From an uncultured Candidatus Saccharibacteria bacterium (lineage in GTDB: Bacteria; Patescibacteriota; Minisyncoccia; Phycocordibacterales; UBA9973): a stretch of 64,000 nt of DNA. A program made the position numbers and the translations under genes. Location: assembly GCA_964384645.1 (NCBI GenBank), contig CAYLKL010000003.1:9101-73100 (forward strand), read 5' to 3'. This document shows, piece by piece, positions 37,598-46,400 of this stretch (its first letter is position 1; every line of letters begins with the position of its first letter). The notes below the pieces were generated by a model. It did no database searches and was not told the DNA's origin. It saw only the letters and a program-made list of their open reading frames with translations.

Positions 37598-39049
37598 GTA
37601 AAAAACCCTTGTTTTATAAGCCCAAACAGCAATAATTCCATACAAGACTAACATTATAAATAGCCCGAAATCCTTGAAAACAAAGGCCGAAATTGATAAT
37701 CCCGAAATAAATTTAGAAATGCTTATAACTACCCTTAACCCAAAATCCACACCTATTACAAAAGGAAAGGCTAAAACCGGACTAACTACCCCCACTATTC
37801 CCCCAATAAAACCTAGTAGCATGATTACCGGAATTAGAGGCAAAACAACAATATTTGTAGGCACAGATAAAACAGAAAGGAGTCTAGTTTGGTAAAGAAT
37901 AATTGGCAAAACTGCAACTTGAGCAGCCAAAGATGTTGCAATTATTTCTTTCAAAAAATATGGCAATTTTGTGTACAAACTTTGTTGTATTTTTTTAGTA
38001 AATAAAATTATTCCTAATGTTGCCAAAACTGAAAGCTGAAATGAAAAATCAAAATAAATAAGCCGAGGATTTATTATGTTCATAACAAGTACAGCAATAA
38101 ATAAAGCCCGAAGAGACATATACATATTTCCAGAACGTAAAGCGATGAGAGATATTATGGCCATAATTCCCGCCCTAACTGCAGTGATAGGAACACCTGT
38201 CATTAGAATAAAAAGAATTATTGATACAACTGAAAAAACAGAACTAGTTTTAGCTCCTATATTTAAAAACAATGCTTTTACCCAAGAAGCAATAACTGTA
38301 ATATTATAACCAGACAAAGCAATAATATGAGTCAGACCTGCAATACGAAATGAGTCAGCCAAATCGCTACTTAAAATATTTTTACCAAACAAAATACCAG
38401 CAAATAAATTTTCAATATCTCCCCGCAATCTATCTGCAAAAGGTTCAATGAAATTATCCCTCAAAAGAAAAAGTTTTCTTCTAAAATTATTCTTATTACT
38501 CTCTACTTTTTCAATTTTTGTATCATAACTTAAATAAAAAATGTTTTTAGTCTTCAAAAATTCATCGTATTCAAATTCTGTATTTGTATCAGTTTTAAAA
38601 GGTTTTGGTTTCTCAAAATTACCCACCACAGAAAGAATGTCTCCGTGCAAAAAGTTTTCTCCTATATCCTTACTGTATAACAAAACATTTTCTTTAGTTT
38701 TTTGCCCATTTATTACTGGCTTACACTGAAATTTAAATTGATTATTCTTGTACTCAACATCACCTGATACTTGGCAACTTAGATATAATGGCGCTTTTCC
38801 TTCAATTTTAAGAGCAGAAACTCTATTGGAATTATCCAATTTGAAATAACCAAAGCCAAACAAAAATGAAAATAAAAATACAGCGATCAATCCAATTTCT
38901 GCTGATTTTCTTATTACTGCTAAAAATAAAATAGCAAAATTAATTGCTATTAAAATATAAATTTCTATATTTAAAATTGGTGAAAAAAACAGGCCAAATA
39001 AAAATCCAAAACCTAATATTAAAGATATTTTATTTAAATTTGCGCCCAT
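37586..39049 (-). CDS. comEC: ComEC/Rec2 competence membrane protein (OB/DUF4131 plus Competence domain, no MBL domain)
   Basis: FRIAGLTHIIALSGYNI, AVRAGIMA, FQLSVLATLGI, SVPTNIVVLP. Confidence 0.92.
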   Translation of the reverse strand: MGANLNKISLILGFGFLFGLFFSPILNIEIYILIAINFAILFLAVIRKSAEIGLIAVFLFSFLFGFGYFKLDNSNRVSALKIEGKAPLYLSCQVSGDVEYKNNQFKFQCKPVINGQKTKENVLLYSKDIGENFLHGDILSVVGNFEKPKPFKTDTNTEFEYDEFLKTKNIFYLSYDTKIEKVESNKNNFRRKLFLLRDNFIEPFADRLRGDIENLFAGILFGKNILSSDLADSFRIAGLTHIIALSGYNITVIASWVKALFLNIGAKTSSVFSVVSIILFILMTGVPITAVRAGIMAIISLIALRSGNMYMSLRALFIAVLVMNIINPRLIYFDFSFQLSVLATLGIILFTKKIQQSLYTKLPYFLKEIIATSLAAQVAVLPIILYQTRLLSVLSVPTNIVVLPLIPVIMLLGFIGGIVGVVSPVLAFPFVIGVDFGLRVVISISKFISGLSISAFVFKDFGLFIMLVLYGIIAVWAYKTRVFYLTK

Positions 39050-39744
39050 TCTTTTAGTAATTCAGATTCTTCTTCTTTTGAGTGTACTTTTCTAAATTTT
39101 GCACCATTCTTCCCCTTAACATCCTGCTCACAAGATTTCCAATCTTTATACGTTTTTAAAACACCAGCAACTAAACTAACATAAGAATAAGCTGGCCTTT
39201 TGTCGTTTGATTTTTTAATAGTCACCTTAAGGTCTTTTAAAATATCTTCATGTTTACTTTTTTCTCCCACAAAAAGAGTTATGCTCTTGTTATCAGCAAA
39301 AGCTTGAGCAATAATATCCGCTCTCTCATTTAAAATAACACCGGCGTGACCAGGAACTTTTTCCAATTTCAAACCTCTACTCTTAAGTCTAAAACAAATA
39401 CCAAATAAATCTTTCCAAATATCTTGATTTAAAACTATATTCCCCTCTTTTGTTTTCCATCCAGTTTTCTCCCAAGCAAACATCCAACCAGAAATACCAT
39501 TTACTACATAGGCTGAATCAGAAAAAATAACAATTTCACCATTATTCGTTCTGCTTTCAATTAATTCCAAACTTTTCAAAACAGCCATCATTTCCATTCT
39601 GTTGTTTGTAGTTTTGTCTTCTCTGCCACCTATCTCTAAAATCTTACCTTCTGAAAATAAAATAATTGCACCATACCCTCCAGGACCAGGATTTCCTCTA
39701 GATGCTCCGTCTGTATAAACAAGTATTTTATTTTCATTATTCAT
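39034..39744 (-). CDS. rnhA: ribonuclease HI with C-terminal hybrid-binding (viroplasmin-like) domain
   Basis: YTDGASRGNPGPGGYG, TTNNRMEM, SDSAYV, VPGHAG..NERAD; C-terminal YKDWKSCEQDVKGKNGAKFRK. Confidence 0.93.
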   Translation of the reverse strand: MNNENKILVYTDGASRGNPGPGGYGAIILFSEGKILEIGGREDKTTNNRMEMMAVLKSLELIESRTNNGEIVIFSDSAYVVNGISGWMFAWEKTGWKTKEGNIVLNQDIWKDLFGICFRLKSRGLKLEKVPGHAGVILNERADIIAQAFADNKSITLFVGEKSKHEDILKDLKVTIKKSNDKRPAYSYVSLVAGVLKTYKDWKSCEQDVKGKNGAKFRKVHSKEEESELLKEWAQI

Positions 39745-39822
39745 AACCTTATTTTATCAGCATAAACTAATAAAAAAAACCTATTTTATAGGTTTTTTTT
39801 ATTAAATAAACTTTTAAGATTA

Positions 39823-42800
39823 TTAGAAAACTGAAACTCTGGTTATCGTAATTATTGGCGTTGAGGCCACTTCTGCACCCTGAGCGTTATATCCTTTTGC
39901 TTGATATTGAATATCTTTTGTTATAAGCCCTAACGGTCTCCATGTGCAGTTAAAATTAGGTGCAGAACTTGACGTACACTCTCTTGTCAATCCATTGTTA
40001 TACCTAAAATATTTTACCTTTGTTATTGGCCCGCCAACTGAAACTTTCATAGTGTAAACTTGGCCACTTTGTACAGTAAGGCCGTTTGTTGGGAAAACCC
40101 ATGAAATATAAGTTCCAGCTAAAACAGACACATTAACAGCAGTTGATGTCGAAGTATTGCCCACGGCGTCAATAGCGATAGCAGTTATTGTATGATTGCC
40201 ACCTGATGCCCCTGTAGTATCCCACGAAACACTATAAGGTGAAGTTGTGTCTATTCCAACAGACACACCGTCTACTTTGAATTCAACAGAAGCAATGCCT
40301 GAAGCGTCGGTTGCGTTTGCAGATAAGGTTACAGTTGTTCCTACTGCCACACTTGACCCGTCTATTGGTGCACTAATTGAAACAGTTGGAGGTGTTGTTT
40401 CTGGACCACAACTCCCCAAATTCAAATTAGAATTTTCAGTAAGTATGAATTTATCAAGTTGGAAGTTAGCTGAAAGTCCTGTGAATGTGAAAGTGTGCGC
40501 AGTGTTTGGGGTAACAGAAGAGAAAACGATAGGTGTACCTGCTTGGTTTTTGTTACACCAACCAAAAGTTGTTGAGTTTGAAGAAATTGTTTGAGCTGTA
40601 CCTGAATCTACTTTTACTGTAGCAGTTGATGTTCCAGTTGCTGATTTTGCGAAATACCATAGGTAATATGTTTTTGGAATAGAACCTGTTGCGTCTCTTG
40701 GTTCAAATTTGTAAGTTGTTGATCCAGTGCTTGGGTTTATGTAAGTTGTGAAGTTTGTGTAGTCTCCCGCTGGTGTACCTGCTGGAGTTGTAGTAGTTCT
40801 TGATGCAGAACCTGTGTCATAGACTTCTGCTTCAAAACTAAAGTCCTTTGACCAGTACCATGGGTGTGATGATTCGTGCCATGCGTCTAGTTGGTAAAAT
40901 ACTGGTGATGCTCCTGTTTTATCGTAGATGTAGGTGGAGCCTTGGCGTCTTGAATTAAATTTCAAAACTTCCCCAGAAAGATTTATGTTAACTGGTGCAA
41001 TTTCTGGAACAGCACCATCCATATTAGTATATTGATTTAAGTTAGTTGCAATTAAATATTTATTTACAGAATTATCTTTTCTAACAGTAGTAAATGCATC
41101 CATTCTTCCACTCTTGAAAGCGTAACCCGGAGTAGTACTAGAAGAAGCATAATCAAGAGGTAAATCACCAGTCATAACATTACTATTTTTATAGAAAGAA
41201 TCTACATAACTAAATACAGCTTGAGAATAAGAAGGTATCATATTCTGCCAAATTTTTTGAGCAGGCCAACCATCTTCACTTGTTCCAACTCGATTAAAAT
41301 ATCCAGTATGGAAAAATTCCGATCCCATATTGTTTACGTTTTTAGAAAGACCCAACCATTGACCAGGTGAAATATTTTGCTCAGCTTTCAAATCCCAACC
41401 TGGAGACATGTAAGCTCCGAAGAATTTATCTCCTGTTGCTTGTTGTCTGCCCATTACTTTTTGGATAAAGTACATACCGTTCCAAGCAGAAATTTTACTT
41501 CTCCAGTTAGATGGCCATCTTGGATAAAAGTCAGGCGTTGCATAGTATTGGCCATTTATAGGAGATTGCATTTTTCTTGCCTCACTCCACTTAAATCTTG
41601 TAGCTTCTTCGTATCCATCTACTGCGTACTCTAAATATTTTGAACCAGCAAGTCCTGGGATAGACAAAATTATATCTCTATATGTTTGATTGGCCATATC
41701 TGAAACGGTTTTCGCAACGTAAGACTGTGCATCCATTCCAGAAGAACTTATTGCAGAACTAACTGCTGGATCAGAATTTAGAGCATTTGTTTCGTACTTA
41801 ACTAAAATTTCACCATTCTCACTTATTAGATCAATTTTTGGTGCTGGCTTTGTTAATTGATTCACAACGCTATTAACCATACTTTTCATAGCATTTCCGT
41901 CTGGTGTGTATTGTGAAAACTGAGAACTAAGAGGTCTCCAAACTTTTGAAGTTGTTACGTTTCCGTTTATATCAATAAACTGACCAGAAGAATTTTGTAA
42001 ATAATACTGGTTTCCAAATCCTTGGTACCTCAAACAAGGCATATTAGATCCACCTCCACAAGTTGAAGCACCTGAAAGCTGAGCTCTTAAAATAACCAAC
42101 TGAGTTGGTAAAGTTGGATTTGAATTTGAATAACTTATCAATCCAGGTGTCCCTGAAACACCTGTGTCCAAGTTACTACTTGTAAGACTTGGAGCTAGAT
42201 CTAAATAATAATTCCATTTCTTTGCCATTTCACCCGCGATTGAAACTCCAGCCTGAACTTGAGCAGCTGAGTGCGTGTAAGTAAAATCTGTTGGTGTAAA
42301 GTGTGCTAAATAATCTAGGTCGTTCCAGTTAAAATTTCTAAGTAATGTATGCCCTGTTTTATATCTAGGCAATGGAACACTTTGAAGTTGAGTTAACACA
42401 GTTGGTGGTGTTGTTGAATATGTTGTGTAAGGAGAAGTTCCAAGCTGTGCTCCTGGCAAATAATCCATTGTGTCAAAAGATGACGAAACAGCTTGAGCAT
42501 TTGGGGTATTTGTAATATTTGTTACCCAAGAATAAGACTGTCCGTTTGTTATTGAATCTAAATAGTGCTGATATATTAGGTTACCAGGCAAATCATTACT
42601 CCATAGTGCAAATTGATCTATTGCACCAACATATCTTCTTTCGGCGGTACTGTTACCAAAAAACTTTATGTCACCGTTTGAAGATTTTATTTTATTAGTA
42701 TTCGCAACTGTTTTTGAAAAACCAGTTGGCAAAACTCCATCAACCCAAATTTCTTTTACTCCATTTGAGTATTTAAAAACCATATGATGCCAATTACCGT

Positions 42801-43362
42801 CGTTGTAATATGCTGGAGATTTTGGCCCAACTCCATCTAAGGCAATTTGGAAATCGTCTGAAACTGAATTTGTACCAGTAGTTCCAGTTGTTGAAAATCT
42901 AATATAAGGAACAGAAGTACTTGCTACAGGACTCTCAAATAAGATAGAAAAAGAATTATCAGTAGTTGTCATAAAATTTGAAACCAATATGTCGTCAGGT
43001 TTCCAAATAAATTCAACAGCAAAAGAAGAAGAAGCTGAAGTTGGTGTTTTCCCAATTGTTTGATAACAACCAGAACTGCTTGTATAGTTCAAATACTTCC
43101 CAACTGGACCATTTGATTGTTGAACAAATGGACAACTCGTCCCATTTGTAAATGTCGAAGATCCGATGGTCGCAGAGTTCCAAGGATTTCCTTCAAATTG
43201 CCAGTACGAATAAGGCTGAATCGGAGTTGTTACAGCGTTATACGTTGCAGCCAACTGTCCCCCAAAAAATCTAGATAAATTAAATGGAGACAAAAAATCT
43301 ATAACTAATAAAATTACTAATAATAATACAACTGATAAAATTAAACTCTTTTTCTTTTTCAT
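39823..43362 (-). CDS. large surface protein: LamG/ConA-like domain, uncharacterised central domain, bacterial Ig-like domain
   Basis: N-terminal TM/signal; DGNWHHMVF..IWVDG..GAIDQFALW; PPTVSISAP..ANATDASGIASVEFKVDG. Confidence 0.8.
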   Translation of the reverse strand: MKKKKSLILSVVLLLVILLVIDFLSPFNLSRFFGGQLAATYNAVTTPIQPYSYWQFEGNPWNSATIGSSTFTNGTSCPFVQQSNGPVGKYLNYTSSSGCYQTIGKTPTSASSSFAVEFIWKPDDILVSNFMTTTDNSFSILFESPVASTSVPYIRFSTTGTTGTNSVSDDFQIALDGVGPKSPAYYNDGNWHHMVFKYSNGVKEIWVDGVLPTGFSKTVANTNKIKSSNGDIKFFGNSTAERRYVGAIDQFALWSNDLPGNLIYQHYLDSITNGQSYSWVTNITNTPNAQAVSSSFDTMDYLPGAQLGTSPYTTYSTTPPTVLTQLQSVPLPRYKTGHTLLRNFNWNDLDYLAHFTPTDFTYTHSAAQVQAGVSIAGEMAKKWNYYLDLAPSLTSSNLDTGVSGTPGLISYSNSNPTLPTQLVILRAQLSGASTCGGGSNMPCLRYQGFGNQYYLQNSSGQFIDINGNVTTSKVWRPLSSQFSQYTPDGNAMKSMVNSVVNQLTKPAPKIDLISENGEILVKYETNALNSDPAVSSAISSSGMDAQSYVAKTVSDMANQTYRDIILSIPGLAGSKYLEYAVDGYEEATRFKWSEARKMQSPINGQYYATPDFYPRWPSNWRSKISAWNGMYFIQKVMGRQQATGDKFFGAYMSPGWDLKAEQNISPGQWLGLSKNVNNMGSEFFHTGYFNRVGTSEDGWPAQKIWQNMIPSYSQAVFSYVDSFYKNSNVMTGDLPLDYASSSTTPGYAFKSGRMDAFTTVRKDNSVNKYLIATNLNQYTNMDGAVPEIAPVNINLSGEVLKFNSRRQGSTYIYDKTGASPVFYQLDAWHESSHPWYWSKDFSFEAEVYDTGSASRTTTTPAGTPAGDYTNFTTYINPSTGSTTYKFEPRDATGSIPKTYYLWYFAKSATGTSTATVKVDSGTAQTISSNSTTFGWCNKNQAGTPIVFSSVTPNTAHTFTFTGLSANFQLDKFILTENSNLNLGSCGPETTPPTVSISAPIDGSSVAVGTTVTLSANATDASGIASVEFKVDGVSVGIDTTSPYSVSWDTTGASGGNHTITAIAIDAVGNTSTSTAVNVSVLAGTYISWVFPTNGLTVQSGQVYTMKVSVGGPITKVKYFRYNNGLTRECTSSSAPNFNCTWRPLGLITKDIQYQAKGYNAQGAEVASTPIITITRVSVF
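40405..40951. repeat. 547-bp direct repeat, copy 1 (copy 2 at 45625-46171)
   Basis: Line-by-line identity at offset 5220; single mismatch seen at 40431/45651. Confidence 0.95.
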
Positions 43363-43400
43363 AACTTATATAAGTATACAACTTTTGCAACTAAAAAAAT

Positions 43401-43428
43401 AAAAAACTCTGGATATCCAGAGTTTTTT
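43401..43428 (-). terminator. intrinsic terminator after the 1725-aa gene
   Basis: AAAAAACTCTGGATATCCAGAGTTTTTT perfect palindrome. Confidence 0.75.
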
Positions 43429-43440
43429 ATTTTTTTAGTT

Positions 43441-46400
43441 TTATTTAACTTTAATATTTTTTGTTGTTGTATTTCCGGCAACATCAACCGCTTGAACATT
43501 TATTGTAGAAGTTCCAAACCCCCACAACACAGACGGAACCGTAAAGCTGCAACTGTAAGAACTTGGTGGTGTTGTTGCACTTGTAAGTGTACATTTTGGA
43601 GTAGTAGATGTTGCACCCAAGAAGAATTTAACTTGCTTTACAGAAACATTATCTGTAACTGTTGCTATAAATGTTACAGGACTTGTGTTTGATACATTTG
43701 CGTTATTAGCGGGACTTGTGATTGAAACAGTCGGAGCAGTCGTGTCTGCCACTGTTGTTGAAATAGATACTGAAACAGCTGAAGAAGTAGAAGAATTTCC
43801 AGCATTGTCAGTTGCAATTGCAGTAATTGTATGACTTCCAGAAGTAAATCCTGTAGTGTTCCAAGAAATACTATACGGTGAAGTGGTTAATGTTGATCCA
43901 TATTGATTTCCATCAATATAAATTTTGACATTTTGTATACCAGAAGCATCACTTGCGTTCGCTGTTATTGTAGTATTAGATCCACCAGTCACTACAACTC
44001 CGTTAGCTGGACTTGTAATTGAAACAGTTGGAGCGGATGTATCAGTTCCCACTGTGATAGTTTCGGAAGTTGTATTATTTGCCTCATTTACTTCAGCAAA
44101 TCTATTAATATCATCAACAACCGCCGTTATGTTATGTGAACCGCCGGTCGCGTTCCATGCTGTAAATATACCAGTATCCGCTGACTGATTTGAACAATAA
44201 GCAGAGCCTGTACCCATACCAAGATTTACAGTTTTTCCAGCTCCAATTGAAGTTGTTTGAGCGTCTGAACAACCCAAAGCTACTCCATCCATCATAAACA
44301 TAACACCAACAACCATACCTTCTGGAGTGCCAACTGTTCCCTGGTTTTTAACAGTTGCAGTAAATGAAACATTTGCACCAACACTAGGACTTACAGGTGA
44401 CCAAACAATATCAGTCACAAGAACATCTGGTTGTCCTGTTGCATTTGAAACAGTCACTGAAACATTTGCTGAAGTTGCATTGTTTCCAGCTGCATCAAAT
44501 GCTTTTGCTTTTACTGTATGTGTTCCGTTTGAAAGAGTTGAACTATCTAATGTAACAGAATATGGAGCAGATGTATCAGTGGCAAAGGGTGATGTTGATG
44601 AATCAGTAAAGAACTGAACAGTAGTAACCCCAACATTATCACTCGCATTTGCACTAACGGTAACTAAACCTGAAACAGTTGCACTAGGTGTTGGTGCGGT
44701 AACTGAAACAGTTGGTGCAGTTGTGTCTGCGGGTGGTGTTGTTACGTTGTTTACCGTAACACCAAAGGCTGTAGTTGTTGTTGAGTTTGAACCTGGAACA
44801 GTAACTTTGTCGTAAGCTTTTGCTGTAATTTGATAACTACCGTTTGCAACACCTGTTGTATTCCAAGAACAAGAAAATGTTCCTGATGTTTGCCCCGTAG
44901 CTGTTGCTGTACAAATTAGAACTGTTCCTCTGTAAAACTCTATATGATTTATTCCAGTTGTGTCTGTTGCAGAAGCTGTCATTGTAACAGTGCCAGAAAG
45001 TGTTGCTCCAGAAACTGGAGAAGTTACCGTCGTCGAAGGACCCGCAGTATCAATATTTATTGATACTTGATTTGAAGCTGATGAAAAATTACCAGAACTA
45101 TCTTTTGATTTAACAATATACGTATGACTAGCATTTGCTGACGGTGTGTCTGTATAACCAAGGTTTGTTACAGCGCTTGTATTAATAGCAGTTGTAGAAC
45201 CATCTCTATATATATAGTAACCTTCAAGACCTGAACCAGAATCAGTTGATCCACCCCAAGATAAAACCGCACTGTTTGATTGTCTTGTAACAGAAAGTGT
45301 TGTTGGTGTTGTTGGAGCAACTGTGTCAGGAAGAGAAACTGTAATACTAACTGAAGAGTTTGCAGTATTACCAACAGTGTCAGTAGCTGTCGCTGTTATT
45401 TGATGTGAGCCATTCGTAACACCCGTTAGTGACCACGAAACACTATAAGGTAAAGTTGTGTCTATTCCAACAGATACACCGTCTACTTTGAATTCAACAG
45501 AAGCAATGCCTGAAGCGTCGGTTGCGTTAGCCGACAGAGTCGCTGGTCCAGTAGAAATTGTTGCTCCAGTTGTTGGCGCAGTAACTGAAACAGTTGGTGC
45601 TATTGTGTCAGTTGGAGTAGTTCCACCACAACTCCCCAAATTCAAATTAGCATTTTCAGTAAGTATGAATTTATCAAGTTGGAAGTTAGCTGAAAGTCCT
45701 GTGAATGTGAAAGTGTGCGCAGTGTTTGGGGTAACAGAAGAGAAAACGATAGGTGTACCTGCTTGGTTTTTGTTACACCAACCAAAAGTTGTTGAGTTTG
45801 AAGAAATTGTTTGAGCTGTACCTGAATCTACTTTTACTGTAGCAGTTGATGTTCCAGTTGCTGATTTTGCGAAATACCATAGGTAATATGTTTTTGGAAT
45901 AGAACCTGTTGCGTCTCTTGGTTCAAATTTGTAAGTTGTTGATCCAGTGCTTGGGTTTATGTAAGTTGTGAAGTTTGTGTAGTCTCCCGCTGGTGTACCT
46001 GCTGGAGTTGTAGTAGTTCTTGATGCAGAACCTGTGTCATAGACTTCTGCTTCAAAACTAAAGTCCTTTGACCAGTACCATGGGTGTGATGATTCGTGCC
46101 ATGCGTCTAGTTGGTAAAATACTGGTGATGCTCCTGTTTTATCGTAGATGTAGGTGGAGCCTTGGCGTCTTACTTTGAATTTCAAATTTTCTGTTGGTGT
46201 AACTGTTGTTGCAGGATATGTATCACCACCAAAAGATATGTCAGCTAGTGATTCTTCTGCGGCATTACCTTGATAATTTGACCAAGGGTTTTCCATACCT
46301 GTTATGACAAATCTATTAGCACTGTTTTGCTTTCTGGCAACAACAAGTTGGCCAGGATTTCCAGTATAAAATCTAAATCCAGGATTTGAGTCTGGCGGGT

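Noticed and set aside
40405-46171. Diversity-generating retroelement template/variable repeat
   Set aside because: No reverse transcriptase in the window; both copies are coding and mid-gene, and the few mismatches are not adenine-specific
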